64,000 nt of DNA from an uncultured delta proteobacterium. GTDB lineage: Bacteria; Desulfobacterota; Zymogenia; Zymogenales; Zymogenaceae. A program made the translations under genes and the position numbers. The stretch spans positions 416,001 through 480,000 of the forward strand of contig CAVTLK010000004.1 of NCBI GenBank assembly GCA_963735595.1. Direction: 5' to 3'. The notes below the pieces were generated by a model. The model worked only from the letters and a program-made list of their open reading frames with translations, did no database searches and was not told the origin of the DNA. This document shows positions 28,861-40,437 of the stretch, one piece after another. Every line of letters begins with the position of its first letter. Position 1 is the stretch's first letter.

Positions 28861-29463
28861 ATGGAAATTAGTGCTCAGATGGTCAAGGACCTGCGGGAAA
28901 AGACAGGGGCCGGAATGATGGACTGCAAGACCGCCCTGGCCGAATCGGCCGGCGACATGGAAAAGGCAATAGACGTTCTCAGGAAAAAAGGACTTTCCCG
29001 TGCCGCCAAGCGGGCGGGGAGGGCGGCGAAAGAGGGAATGGTCGGCTCCTATATTCATATGGGAGGGAAAATCGGGGTTCTCGTCGAGGTTAATTGCGAA
29101 TCCGATTTTGTTGCCCGCACCGACGACTTCGTGGCGTTCGTCAAGGATATCGCCATGCAGGTTGCCGCCTCGAGCCCGCAGTATTTGACCAGCGAGGATA
29201 TACCCGAGACGGTTCTCGACAGGGAGCGGGAGATCTACCGCGCCCAGGTGCAGGAAACCAAGAAGCCTGAAAACGTCATCGATAAGATCGTCGAGGGCAA
29301 GCTTAAGAAGTTCCATACCGAGGTCTGCCTGCTCGATCAGCCGTTCGTGAAAGACCCGAATATATCGGTCGCCGAACACCTTACCAACATGATTGCCAAG
29401 ATCGGCGAGAATATGATAATAAGAAGGTTCGTTCGGTTTCAGCTCGGCGAGGGTGTTGAATAG
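28861..29463 (+). CDS. tsf: Elongation factor Ts (short form)
   Basis: LREKTGAGMMDCK, EVNCESDFVA, RRFVRFQLG. Confidence 0.97.
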   Translation: MEISAQMVKDLREKTGAGMMDCKTALAESAGDMEKAIDVLRKKGLSRAAKRAGRAAKEGMVGSYIHMGGKIGVLVEVNCESDFVARTDDFVAFVKDIAMQVAASSPQYLTSEDIPETVLDREREIYRAQVQETKKPENVIDKIVEGKLKKFHTEVCLLDQPFVKDPNISVAEHLTNMIAKIGENMIIRRFVRFQLGEGVE

Positions 29464-29546
29464 GGAGTTGACGGCGATCCGTGTAAGGCGTTGAATATTC
29501 TTATATGCTGGGAGGCCCTGAAGGGGGATGCTGGGGGCGGTGAGAC

Positions 29547-30257
29547 ATGCACTATAAACGGGTACTGGTCAAACTGTCCGGTGAGGCCCTGGCGGGTTCC
29601 CAGAAGTCCGGCATCTGTCCGAAGGCTATCAAATTCATCACCGAGGAAATCGGGGAGACTGCGGGACTCGGCATCGAGATGGCGCTGGTGGTAGGCGGCG
29701 GAAACATCTTTCGCGGGATATCGGCCAGCGAGCAGGGGATGGACCGCGCCAATGCGGATTATATGGGGATGCTGGCCACGGTAATCAACGCCCTGGCCCT
29801 GCAAAACTACCTGGAAAGGGCCGGGCATGTGACCAGGGTGCAGACTGCCTTCGAGATGCGGGCGGTGGCCGAGCCCTATATTCGGCGCCGGGCCATCCGC
29901 CATCTCGAAAAAAAGCGGATAGTCATATTCGCGGGGGGCACCGGAAACCCCTATTTTACCACCGATACCGCGGCCGCGCTCAGGGCAATGGAGATCGGGG
30001 CAGACGTTATCATCAAGGCCACGAAAGTGGACGGTGTATACGACAAAGACCCGGTGCGATTTTCAGACGCCAAGAAATTTGAAGAGATCAGCTATATCCA
30101 GGCCCTCAATCTCGGGCTCGGCGTAATGGATTCCACCGCCCTGTCGCTCTGTATGGATAACGACCTTCCCATCATCGTGTTTAACCTCCTGGTGCCCGGA
30201 AACCTCGCAAAGGTCGTCTCAGGACAAAAAATAGGAACAGCTGTAAGGGGTACGTGA
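29547..30257 (+). CDS. pyrH: UMP kinase
   Basis: [31 protein letters not shown]. Confidence 0.98.
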   Translation: MHYKRVLVKLSGEALAGSQKSGICPKAIKFITEEIGETAGLGIEMALVVGGGNIFRGISASEQGMDRANADYMGMLATVINALALQNYLERAGHVTRVQTAFEMRAVAEPYIRRRAIRHLEKKRIVIFAGGTGNPYFTTDTAAALRAMEIGADVIIKATKVDGVYDKDPVRFSDAKKFEEISYIQALNLGLGVMDSTALSLCMDNDLPIIVFNLLVPGNLAKVVSGQKIGTAVRGT

Positions 30258-30811
30258 TGGAAGAGGTATTGTCTGATTTAAAACAAGAGATGGAAAAGAC
30301 CGTAAAAGGCTTTACCAACGAGCTCAAGCGGATCAGGACCGGGCGGGCCTCAACGGCGATCCTCGACGGGATCAGGGTAGACTACTACGGAAATCCCACG
30401 GCGCTCAATCAGTTGGCGACCGTCTCGGCCCCGGAACCCCGGCTCCTTATCATTCAGCCCTGGGATGCGGGCTCTATCGGCGATGTCGAAAAGGCCATCC
30501 TCAAGTCCGATCTCGGTCTTACTCCCCAAAACGATGGCAAGGTCATCCGGATTAACATCCCAAACCTTACCGAGGAACGAAGAAAAGAGCTGGTCAAGAT
30601 GGTCAAGAAGATGAGCGAAGACTTCAAGGTCGCCCTTCGGAATCATCGGCGGGACTCGATCGAGTTTCTCAAGGAGCTGAAAAAGGAAAAGGAGATCTCG
30701 GAAGACGACTATTTCCGCCTCCACGAAAAGATACAGGAGCTCACCGACGAGCATATCAAGAGCACCGATGCGATCCTCGCCGACAAGGAAAAGGAGATCA
30801 TGGAGATCTAG
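30257..30811 (+). CDS. frr: Ribosome recycling factor
   Basis: IRTGRAS, VDYYG, LTEERRKEL, RNHRRD. Confidence 0.98.
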   Translation: MEEVLSDLKQEMEKTVKGFTNELKRIRTGRASTAILDGIRVDYYGNPTALNQLATVSAPEPRLLIIQPWDAGSIGDVEKAILKSDLGLTPQNDGKVIRINIPNLTEERRKELVKMVKKMSEDFKVALRNHRRDSIEFLKELKKEKEISEDDYFRLHEKIQELTDEHIKSTDAILADKEKEIMEI

Positions 30812-31025
30812 CGCCGGCAAAAAAGGCCGGTTGCCCCGTCGCGGGCGCCGCTTGCGGCCGCGGACGAGGCTGAATAACGGGAGATTCAGGTGGGAGAAAG
30901 AAGCCCAAATTCCCGGATCTGCACCGCGCTGCTAATGACGAGGACCTACGGATTACGATTCATACAGCGGCGGGGTGCGCCGCATCATATGATGCCGCTT
31001 TAGTGAGGGCAGTGACCGGTTTAAT

Positions 31026-31760
31026 ATGAAAGATATGAAAAATATCCCCCGACACGTGGCTATCATCATGGACGGGAACGGCCGGTGGGCCAAGGAGAAA
31101 AACCTTCCCCGAGTTGAAGGCCACCGCAGGGGAAGCGAGGTGGTCAGGAAGATCGTGGAGGTCAGCCGGGAAACCGGGATAAAGGTCCTTACCCTCTACG
31201 CCTTTTCGGAAGAAAACTGGAACCGCCCCAAGGACGAGGTACAGGCGCTCATGGGCCTCTTGGCCGAGTTCCTCCAATCAGAACTTCCCAAGATGATGAA
31301 TGAGCGTATTCGACTCTGTGCGATCGGGAGGTTCTCTCAGCTTCCGGATATCGTCCGCCGGATCCTTCTCGAGACCGTCGCGTCCACCAAGGACAACGGC
31401 GGTATGACGCTTAACCTTGCCCTCTCCTACAGCGGAAGGGGTGAGATCGTCGATGCCGCCAAAGAAATCGCGGCGGAGGTTGCCGAAAAGCGGGTGACGC
31501 TCGAAGAAATCGACGAGGATATGATCGCCCGTCACCTCTATACAAAAAGCCTACCCGATCCCGACCTCCTTATCCGTACCAGCGGGGAGATGCGGATCTC
31601 GAACTTTCTCCTGTTTCAGGCAGCCTATACGGAGCTCTTCTTCACGCAGACCCTCTGGCCCGATTTTACCAAAGAGGAGTTTTTGTCTGTATTGAAGGAC
31701 TTTTCGAGACGGGAGCGGCGTTACGGACTGACCAGTGAGCAGCTTTCGGAAAAGGCGTAA
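31026..31760 (+). CDS. uppS: Undecaprenyl diphosphate synthase
   Basis: HVAIIMDGNGRWA, YAFSEENWNRP, IRTSGEMRISNFLL. Confidence 0.97.
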   Translation: MKDMKNIPRHVAIIMDGNGRWAKEKNLPRVEGHRRGSEVVRKIVEVSRETGIKVLTLYAFSEENWNRPKDEVQALMGLLAEFLQSELPKMMNERIRLCAIGRFSQLPDIVRRILLETVASTKDNGGMTLNLALSYSGRGEIVDAAKEIAAEVAEKRVTLEEIDEDMIARHLYTKSLPDPDLLIRTSGEMRISNFLLFQAAYTELFFTQTLWPDFTKEEFLSVLKDFSRRERRYGLTSEQLSEKA

Positions 31761-31914
31761 ATGAGATTCGCGGCCATCGTGTTTGCCCCGTGGAACCCTA
31801 TGGCGCCCCGCCTCGCCGCGACAACAGGGACGACGAGGACTTAAGGCCGGCGCCGCGAAGCGGCGATCCACGCGCCGTCCCGTACGTGCCAATCACATTA
31901 TAATGGAGCCGTAT

Positions 31915-32712
31915 ATGTTAGCCGCCCGTCTTCTTACCGCCGCAGTGGCCATTCCGTTGGTATTGGCCATTATCATCCTCGGCGGAAATCTCGGCTTTTT
32001 CCTCTTAGTCTTCGTGGTCGTGGGAGTTTCCCTTTACGAGTATTTCACCTTCATCTATCCCCAGAAGGTCAATATCCAGATCATCGCCCACACGGCCCTC
32101 GGCCTCCTGTTGCCTATCACCTTCTATTTCGGGTATCCCGAGATGGTCGTCTCGGCCGTGGCCTTTATTTTTATCTTTGCTACCGCCTTTGCCCTTTTCC
32201 GCGTTACCGACCCGGCCAGGAAGGCCGAGAATCTCTTTATGCGTCTGTTCGGAATTTTTTATGTGGCCTTTCTCCTCTCCTACCTCATCCTGTTGCGGAA
32301 GCTCCCTCACGGAATCGAGTGGGTGGTGCTGGCGCTGGCCATAAACTTCGGCACGGACGCCGGCGGCTATTTCGCCGGAAGGTTTCTCGGCAGGCACCCC
32401 CTCTATCCGGTTATCAGCCCAAAAAAGACCGTCGAGGGCGCGATCGGCGGGATTATCCTCTGCCTGGTGCTGTTGGTGATCGCCAAGTACGTCCTGATCA
32501 AACAGCTGGGGTGGGCCGACGTCCTGATCCTGGGCTTTATCTCGTCGGTTTTGGCTATCCTCGGCGATATGGCCGAATCGCTGGTCAAGCGCGGCTTTAA
32601 GGTAAAGGATGCGGGGGGGCTGTTACCGGGACACGGCGGATTTCTTGACCGGATAGACTCGTTTGTTTTTTCGGTCCCGTTTATTTATTACTACGCGGCG
32701 TACTGTTTTTAA
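31915..32712 (+). CDS. cdsA: Phosphatidate cytidylyltransferase
   Basis: ISPKKTVEG, GDMAESLVKR, KD.G.LLPGHGGFLDRIDS; start at 31915 (GGAG RBS) or 31903. Confidence 0.95.
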   Translation: MLAARLLTAAVAIPLVLAIIILGGNLGFFLLVFVVVGVSLYEYFTFIYPQKVNIQIIAHTALGLLLPITFYFGYPEMVVSAVAFIFIFATAFALFRVTDPARKAENLFMRLFGIFYVAFLLSYLILLRKLPHGIEWVVLALAINFGTDAGGYFAGRFLGRHPLYPVISPKKTVEGAIGGIILCLVLLVIAKYVLIKQLGWADVLILGFISSVLAILGDMAESLVKRGFKVKDAGGLLPGHGGFLDRIDSFVFSVPFIYYYAAYCF

Positions 32713-32715
32713 TCC

Positions 32716-33867
32716 ATGAAAAAGGTTGCCATCCTCGGCTCTACCGGTTCTATCGGGACCCAGGCCGTCGATATCATAGAGCACAACAGGGATCGATTTG
32801 CCGTAACGGCCCTTGCCGCCTACGGTAATGTCTCCCTGATCCGGCGGCAGGCAGAACTGCTCAAACCGCGAATCGCAGCTCTGTATGACGAGGGTGCAGC
32901 CCGGCAACTCCGGCAGCTGCTCCCACCGGAGATAGCGGTGCTGTCGGGCGAGGCCGGGGTGAGGGCGGCCGCCGCAGAATCGGGCGCCGATATCTGCCTT
33001 ACTGCAATGGTGGGTGCTGCCGGGCTTGGACCGACGATGGCGGCCGTTGAGGCCGGTATCGACATAGCCCTGGCCAATAAAGAGACGCTCGTGTGCGCCG
33101 GACCGCTGGTGACCGAACGGGCGCGGGAAAAAGGGGTGCGGATACTGCCGGTAGACAGCGAACACAGTGCGCTCTTCCAATCGCTGGTTGGGCACGACCC
33201 GGCCCACGTCAAACGGCTCATCATCACGGCGTCCGGCGGACCGTTCTGGAAGCGGCCGATAGAGGAGCTTGGCTCGGTTACTCCCGAAGAGGCGGTGCGC
33301 CACCCCCGGTGGAACATGGGTAAAAAGATCAGCGTTGATTCGGCCACGCTCATGAACAAGGCCCTCGAGGTTATCGAGGCAAGCTGCCTCTTTGACGTGC
33401 CCCAGGAAAGGATCTCCGTCGTTATACACCCGGAGAGCATCGTCCATTCCATTGTCGAATATATCGACGGTTCAATGATAGCACAGCTTTCCACGACCGA
33501 CATGAGGCTCCCCATCGCCTACGCGCTGGCTTACCCCGCGCGAGTAGAGCGCGCAGCCGAGCCGCTGGACCTGGCCGCCGTCGGCCGCCTTTCATTTTTC
33601 GAGGCGGACGAACAGCGGTTCCGGGCCCTGACCCTGGCGCGCAGGGCGCTGAGTGTCGGCGGTACGATGCCCGCGGTGATGTCCGCGGCCAATGAGGAGG
33701 CGGTGGCGCTCTTTCTTGAAAAAAAGATAGGCTTTCTCTCGATCGTGCGGCTGGTGGATAGCGTGATGGGAGGTCACCGGCCAACGATCTGCCCGTCGCT
33801 TGGCGAGATCATTGAGGCCGACCGTTGGGCGCGACATGAAACGAATATAGTTGGAGAAGCACTATGA
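32716..33867 (+). CDS. dxr: 1-deoxy-D-xylulose-5-phosphate reductoisomerase
   Basis: LGSTGSIG, LANKE, PVDSEH, TASGGPF, HPRWNMG.KISVDSATLMNK. Confidence 0.98.
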   Translation: MKKVAILGSTGSIGTQAVDIIEHNRDRFAVTALAAYGNVSLIRRQAELLKPRIAALYDEGAARQLRQLLPPEIAVLSGEAGVRAAAAESGADICLTAMVGAAGLGPTMAAVEAGIDIALANKETLVCAGPLVTERAREKGVRILPVDSEHSALFQSLVGHDPAHVKRLIITASGGPFWKRPIEELGSVTPEEAVRHPRWNMGKKISVDSATLMNKALEVIEASCLFDVPQERISVVIHPESIVHSIVEYIDGSMIAQLSTTDMRLPIAYALAYPARVERAAEPLDLAAVGRLSFFEADEQRFRALTLARRALSVGGTMPAVMSAANEEAVALFLEKKIGFLSIVRLVDSVMGGHRPTICPSLGEIIEADRWARHETNIVGEAL

Positions 33868-34925
33868 CGGTAGTCTATTTTATTATCCTATTGGGCGTAT
33901 TGATCTTTGTCCACGAGCTGGGCCACTTCATCGCCGCAAAATCGATGGGCGTCAGAGTTGTCACGTTTTCGCTCGGCTTCGGTCCGCGGATTATCGGCAA
34001 GAAGATAGGCGATACCGACTACCGGCTTTCAGCCTTCCCGCTGGGCGGGTACGTGAGGATGACCGGTGACGATCCCTCCCAGACGCCGACTAAAGAGGAG
34101 CAGCCCTACTCGTTTCTGGCCCAGAAGAACTGGAAAAAGATCGCCATCGTGGGGGCGGGTCCGCTGTTCAACCTGGTCTTCGCGATCGTTGCCTTGTGGA
34201 TCGTATTCATGGCAGGGGTGCCGGTTATCGACCCCGTCCTCGGTGAGCTCAAAAAAGGATATCCCGCCGAGGCCGCCGGCCTTAAACCGGCCGACCGGGT
34301 TATCTCTATAAACGGGGCGGCCGTTGACGAGTGGGAGTCGATGGCCACGATTATTACGGAATCGGGAGGCAAACCGCTCGAATTCGTTGTCATGCGGGAC
34401 AATATAGAGACAGCCGTGGAGGTTGTCCCGATATACGAGGAGGGGTTGAGCGATATCATGACCCCCCAGAAGAAGTATATGATCGGGATAACTCCATCGG
34501 GCGATTTTCACCTTGTGAACTACGGAGTGCTGTCGGCCGCAGGGAAAGGCTTTTCCGAGACCGGCCGCCTGATTTATTTGACGTTTCTGGTTATCGGCAA
34601 GATGTTCACAGGAGAGGTCGCCCTCAATAACCTGGGCGGCCCAATCCTGATTGCCAAGGTGGCCGGGGAAGCGGCGCGACTCGGGATCATGCCCTATATC
34701 CACTTCATGGCGCTCATCTCGATCAACCTTGCCGTCCTGAACCTATTGCCGGTGCCGGTTCTCGATGGGGGGCATCTCCTCTTCTTTGCGATCGAGGGGA
34801 TTATCCGAAGGCCCATCAGTCTCAAGGTCAAGGAGATCGCGCTTCAGATCGGGCTGGGGATGCTGGTGCTGCTCATGATCCTGGCGTTCTACTTTGATAT
34901 CGAGCGCCTTGTATTTTCCGGGTGA
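33864..34925 (+). CDS. rseP: RIP metalloprotease RseP
   Basis: HELGH, PLGGYV, PDZ region, NLLPVPVLDGG. Confidence 0.96.
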   Translation: MTVVYFIILLGVLIFVHELGHFIAAKSMGVRVVTFSLGFGPRIIGKKIGDTDYRLSAFPLGGYVRMTGDDPSQTPTKEEQPYSFLAQKNWKKIAIVGAGPLFNLVFAIVALWIVFMAGVPVIDPVLGELKKGYPAEAAGLKPADRVISINGAAVDEWESMATIITESGGKPLEFVVMRDNIETAVEVVPIYEEGLSDIMTPQKKYMIGITPSGDFHLVNYGVLSAAGKGFSETGRLIYLTFLVIGKMFTGEVALNNLGGPILIAKVAGEAARLGIMPYIHFMALISINLAVLNLLPVPVLDGGHLLFFAIEGIIRRPISLKVKEIALQIGLGMLVLLMILAFYFDIERLVFSG

Positions 34926-34928
34926 CCG

Positions 34929-35651
34929 ATGATTTGCCTGGGGATTGATACGTCGAGCATGGTCGCACGCGTGGCGGTCGCCGGGGAAGGCGGGGTCACG
35001 GCGCGGCTGACTACGGAAACAGGTAAAAACCATTCGGAGACGCTCCTTGGTGCAGTCCGTGACGTTCTTAAAACGGCCGGGATACCCATTGACGGGATCG
35101 AGCTCGTCGCGGTTGGACTGGGGCCGGGGACATGGACGGGCCTGAGAGTGGGGATTACCACGGCCAAGGCAATCGCCTACGCGCTTTCTGCCCCGATTAT
35201 CGGGGTATCGACTCTCGACGCGACGGCCGCGGGCGTTACCTGTTACGCGGGAAGGCTTGCCGTCATCGTTGACGCGCGGCGCCATGAGGTCTGCGGGAGG
35301 CGATATGACGTTGACGGGGGGGGAGGTGTGAGCGCCGAAGGGGACGTCTTTGTCACCCCGCCCGAAAGCCTGGATCGGTTCGTCGGGCCCGAATATGCGC
35401 TTGTGGGAAACGGCGTCGGATTGCTGCCGGAGACGGAGCGAATAAAGAGACCCGTTCTTTCCGATACGTTTGGGGATGTGGACGCTGGGACGATCTGCCG
35501 CCTGGCCATCGAGCGATACCACCGACAGGGCCCGGACAACCCCCGGGACGTTAGGCCGGTCTACGTACGAAAGTCGGACGCCGAGACCGGCCGTGAGAAA
35601 AAGAGGAAAGTGTCGAGAATATCTGTTGACAAGGGATATTTTATTCAATAA
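34929..35651 (+). CDS. tsaB: tRNA threonylcarbamoyladenosine biosynthesis protein TsaB
   Basis: LGIDTS, HSE.L, GPGTWTGLRVG, DARR.EV, P.YVR. Confidence 0.93.
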   Translation: MICLGIDTSSMVARVAVAGEGGVTARLTTETGKNHSETLLGAVRDVLKTAGIPIDGIELVAVGLGPGTWTGLRVGITTAKAIAYALSAPIIGVSTLDATAAGVTCYAGRLAVIVDARRHEVCGRRYDVDGGGGVSAEGDVFVTPPESLDRFVGPEYALVGNGVGLLPETERIKRPVLSDTFGDVDAGTICRLAIERYHRQGPDNPRDVRPVYVRKSDAETGREKKRKVSRISVDKGYFIQ

Positions 35652-35691
35652 AATCAACAAATTGTATTTTTTAAGAGAAGGGGGGTCGCAC

Positions 35692-35916
35692 GTGGAAGAC
35701 AAAGAAGGACTTCTTAAGAAGAGGCTGATGGAAGAGGACCCTGAATTCAAAAAACTGATGGAAGAGCACGTCGCGTTTGAGGGAATACTGGCGGGATTCA
35801 ACGAGCGCACGCATCTGACGCCGGCCGAAGAGATCGAGCGCAAGAGGATTCAGAAGTTAAAGCTCTCCGGAAAAGATAAAATGGAAGCCATCTTGGCCAA
35901 GAATCGGGAGAAATAG
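35692..35916 (+). CDS. Small DUF465/YdcH-like coiled-coil protein
   Basis: GTG start after a G-rich [11 protein letters not shown]...[23 protein letters not shown]. Confidence 0.75.
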   Translation: MEDKEGLLKKRLMEEDPEFKKLMEEHVAFEGILAGFNERTHLTPAEEIERKRIQKLKLSGKDKMEAILAKNREK

Positions 35917-35993
35917 GCGTATACCCGCTGCCGGGGAATTCCGCGGCGGCGGGAGCGGCCCATGTCCGGGATGGAGACCGCCTACCGAAAATA

Positions 35994-37679
35994 ATGACCA
36001 TCGAAGGAACCGACATATTCTTTAAGAGCCTCATCGACGAGGGAGTGGATACCATTTTCGGGTACCCCGGGGGGGCGGTGCTGAACCTCTATCACCGCAT
36101 GCCCGCCTACCCGATCCGGCATATCCTCGTCCGCCACGAGCAGGCGGCGGTGCACGCCGCCGACGGCTATGCCCGGGCCACGGGGAGGGTGGGTGTGGCG
36201 CTGGTGACCTCCGGCCCGGGGGCCACCAACACCGTCACGGGGATTGCGACCGCGCATATGGACTCCATTCCCGTGGTCGTCTTTAGCGGGCAGGTACCCA
36301 CCATGCTCATCGGCAACGATGCCTTTCAGGAGGCCGACATCGTGGGGATTACCCGTCCCTGCACGAAGCACAATTTCCTGGTCACAAAGACCGCCGACCT
36401 CGAGGAGGTGGTCAAGGAAGCGTTTCACATCGCCTCGACGGGACGGCCCGGCCCTGTCCTTGTTGATCTGCCCCGGGACGTGGTGGCGGGCCGCGCGAAA
36501 TATCAGCGTATCTCGGCCGTTTCTCTCAGGAGCTACCGGGTTACAACCGAGGCCGACGACGACGGCATCCAGAAGGCCTTTTCCGCCATGACGGCCTCCC
36601 GGCAACCGGTCCTTTATGTCGGCGGCGGGGTAATCAGCTCCTCGGCCTCGGAAGAGCTGATACGGCTGGCCGAGCGGCTCTCGATCCCGGTGACCTCGTC
36701 CCTCATGGGGCTGGGGGGATTCCCGGGATCTCATCCCCTGTTTCTGGGGATGCTCGGGATGCACGGGACGTACCGGGCCAATATGGCCGTCACGAACTCC
36801 GACCTCCTGATCGCAGTGGGCTCGCGGTTTGACGACCGCGTCACCGGAAAGGTCGACGAATTCGCGCCGCAGGCAAAGATCATCCATATCGATATCGACC
36901 CGTCGTCGATCAGCAAGAACATCATCGTGGATATTCCGATCGTCTCCGACGTCAAATACGCACTGGGCAGGCTCCTTTCCCTGTTCGAGACCGACGCCAC
37001 CGACTGGGCAGAACAACGGCGCGACTGGCTTGGCCAGATCGAGGAGTGGGGCACAACGCACCCGCTCAGCTACAATAGCAACGGCGGCGAAATCAAGCCG
37101 CAGTACGTGGTTGAATCGATTTATCGGGTGACGAAGGGGGATGTTATCATCTCGACAGAAGTGGGTCAAAACCAGATGTGGACCGCGCAGTTCTTTACGT
37201 TTGACCGGCCGCGGACGCTCTTGACTTCCGGCGGGCTGGGCACCATGGGCTACGGGTTTCCCGCGGCTATTGGCGCACAGGCGGCCTTCCCGGATAAGCT
37301 CGTCTTCGACATCGCCGGCGACGGAAGCATCCAGATGAATATACAGGAGCTGGCAACGGCCGTCCAACACGACCTTCCGGTGAAGATCGCCGTCCTCAAC
37401 AACGGATTTCTCGGAATGGTCAGGCAATGGCAGGAGCTCTTTTATGACCAGCACTACTCCCATACCGAGATGGAATTCTCGCCGGATTTTGTGAAGCTGG
37501 CCGAGGCATATAAGGCCGTCGGGATGAGAGTCGAAAAACCGGCCGACGTGGTGCCGGCTATCGAGGAGGCAGTCCGCGTGAGGAAGCCGGTAATCATGGA
37601 TTTTGTGGTGAGCCGGGAGGAAAACGTCTATCCGATGGTGCCGGTCGGCTCTCCTCTCGACAAGATGCTGCTGGTGTGA
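35994..37679 (+). CDS. ilvB: Acetolactate synthase large subunit
   Basis: [37 protein letters not shown]...NN, GMVRQWQ. Confidence 0.97.
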   Translation: MTIEGTDIFFKSLIDEGVDTIFGYPGGAVLNLYHRMPAYPIRHILVRHEQAAVHAADGYARATGRVGVALVTSGPGATNTVTGIATAHMDSIPVVVFSGQVPTMLIGNDAFQEADIVGITRPCTKHNFLVTKTADLEEVVKEAFHIASTGRPGPVLVDLPRDVVAGRAKYQRISAVSLRSYRVTTEADDDGIQKAFSAMTASRQPVLYVGGGVISSSASEELIRLAERLSIPVTSSLMGLGGFPGSHPLFLGMLGMHGTYRANMAVTNSDLLIAVGSRFDDRVTGKVDEFAPQAKIIHIDIDPSSISKNIIVDIPIVSDVKYALGRLLSLFETDATDWAEQRRDWLGQIEEWGTTHPLSYNSNGGEIKPQYVVESIYRVTKGDVIISTEVGQNQMWTAQFFTFDRPRTLLTSGGLGTMGYGFPAAIGAQAAFPDKLVFDIAGDGSIQMNIQELATAVQHDLPVKIAVLNNGFLGMVRQWQELFYDQHYSHTEMEFSPDFVKLAEAYKAVGMRVEKPADVVPAIEEAVRVRKPVIMDFVVSREENVYPMVPVGSPLDKMLLV

Positions 37680-37836
37680 GATAATTCGGCACGTTTGTGA
37701 TATGCCCCGCTTACGTGAGGGAACGTTCCTTTCACCGGGAGCGTAGAGACCCGCGTGGCGGGCGCCTCTCGGGGCGCCGATGCGAAATAGGACTCGGACA
37801 AGCCGTCCGTACCGATATCCACCCGATACCGTTTGA

Positions 37837-38859
<1,023 letters not shown>

Positions 38860-38860
38860 C

Positions 38861-39505
38861 ATGAAAAACAAGAAGAGTATCGTCGCGGTTGAGGGCCTGC
38901 CCTTTATCATTCCCATGCTGGTAATTACTATCGTCAGCGCCGTCCTGCTTCCGGTATGGGTTACGGCCATCTGTGCCGCCATCCTGCTGTTCGTGACGGC
39001 CTTCTTCAGGAATCCGCAAAGGAAGATCCCCTCCGACCCCAAGGCGGTCGTCTCTCCCGCCGACGGCAAGGTCATTGAGATCAAGCCGATGGATGAGCCC
39101 GGTTTTCTCAAAGGGCGGTGTATCCGCGTGTGCGTCTTCATGAACGTATTCAACGTGCATGTAAACCGTGTCCCGCTGGGAGGGACCGTGCGTAAGGTTC
39201 AATACTTTCCCGGAAAATTCCTCGTAGCAAGCCTCGACAAGGCCTCGGAGCTCAACGAGCGAAACGCGGTCCTCATCGAGGGCGCCGGAGGCGTTAAAAT
39301 CCTTGTCATACAGATTGCGGGCCTGGTTGCACGCCGCATCGTCAGCTACGTTGCGGCGGGCGATTCGGTCAATAAAGGCGATCGATTCGGGCTGATTCGT
39401 TTCGGCTCGCGCCTCGATCTTTATCTTCCCGAAAATACCGATATCAGGGTTCAGTTAGGCCAAAAGGTCAGAGGCGGAGAGACGATAATGGGGGTGCTGC
39501 CATGA
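38861..39505 (+). CDS. psd: Phosphatidylserine decarboxylase (short type)
   Basis: FFRNP.R, SPADG, NVHVNR, IRFGSR self-cleavage motif. Confidence 0.95.
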   Translation: MKNKKSIVAVEGLPFIIPMLVITIVSAVLLPVWVTAICAAILLFVTAFFRNPQRKIPSDPKAVVSPADGKVIEIKPMDEPGFLKGRCIRVCVFMNVFNVHVNRVPLGGTVRKVQYFPGKFLVASLDKASELNERNAVLIEGAGGVKILVIQIAGLVARRIVSYVAAGDSVNKGDRFGLIRFGSRLDLYLPENTDIRVQLGQKVRGGETIMGVLP

Positions 39506-40392
39506 GAGAGAAGAAGATTCGGGATGGAAGAATAGGCATCTCGCGGATCAAGAGAGAGGACCTCAAGAAGGGGATCTACATCCTCCCCAATCTCCTGACA
39601 ACCGGCGCTTTGTTCATGGGCTTCTTTTCCATTGTCGCGTCTGCCACAGGCAGGATCGATCATGCGGTAGGGGCGATATTCCTGGCCGCGGTCTTTGACG
39701 GCCTTGATGGAAGGGTGGCACGGCTCACCCATACCGTGAGCGCCTTTGGTGTTGAGTATGATTCGATCTCGGATGCGATCTCGTTCGGCGTTGCCCCGGC
39801 GGTGTTGCTCTACCAGTGGGCGCTTGCCCCCTTTGCCCGGTTCGGCTTTCTGGGCGCCGCCCTCTTTGCCATCTGCGCCGCACTGAGGCTCGCCCGGTTT
39901 AACGTACAGATCAACACCGTCGAGAAACGCGTCTTCAACGGGCTTCCGTCTCCCGGCGCGGCGCTGATGCTGGCGGCTACCGTCCTTTTCTTCGAGGATC
40001 AGGCACTCTCGGTGGAGGTCTGGGGCCCGTTCCTTCTGGTGATGGTATACTGTACCGGGCTATTGATGGTCTCCAACGTAAAGTACTCGAGCTTCAAGGA
40101 ACTGGACGTCCTCAGGAAAAAACCGTTCCATACCCTGGTCCTTACGATCCTGATCCTGATACTGATTGCCACCCGGCCGGAGATGATGATATTTTCCCTG
40201 ATCTCACTGTACGTCCTATCGGGCCCCCTGTATCTCCTCTATTGGGCGATCTTTAGGCCCAAGGCGGTCGAGGCGAGCGAGGGAAAGGACCCCGGGCCGA
40301 ACTCGATAGGCCCTGCCGTCCGTCTTCAACCACTCTCGGCATCAATTACGTCGCCCGAAAGGCGGCCCGCGATGACGGGACCGGCCGGTTGA
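39502..40392 (+). CDS. pssA: CDP-diacylglycerol--serine O-phosphatidyltransferase
   Basis: LPNLLT, DGLDGRVAR...G..YDSISD..SFGVAP, RLARFN. Confidence 0.95.
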   Translation: MREKKIRDGRIGISRIKREDLKKGIYILPNLLTTGALFMGFFSIVASATGRIDHAVGAIFLAAVFDGLDGRVARLTHTVSAFGVEYDSISDAISFGVAPAVLLYQWALAPFARFGFLGAALFAICAALRLARFNVQINTVEKRVFNGLPSPGAALMLAATVLFFEDQALSVEVWGPFLLVMVYCTGLLMVSNVKYSSFKELDVLRKKPFHTLVLTILILILIATRPEMMIFSLISLYVLSGPLYLLYWAIFRPKAVEASEGKDPGPNSIGPAVRLQPLSASITSPERRPAMTGPAG

Positions 40393-40437
40393 ACGGCGGC
40401 GGTACTATATATAATTTTCTAACGCGTGATATAACAG

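Noticed and set aside
30812..31025. Ribozyme or ncRNA between frr and uppS
   Set aside because: Some hairpins and a GCATCATATGATGC palindrome, but no complete catalytic-core consensus that I can support.
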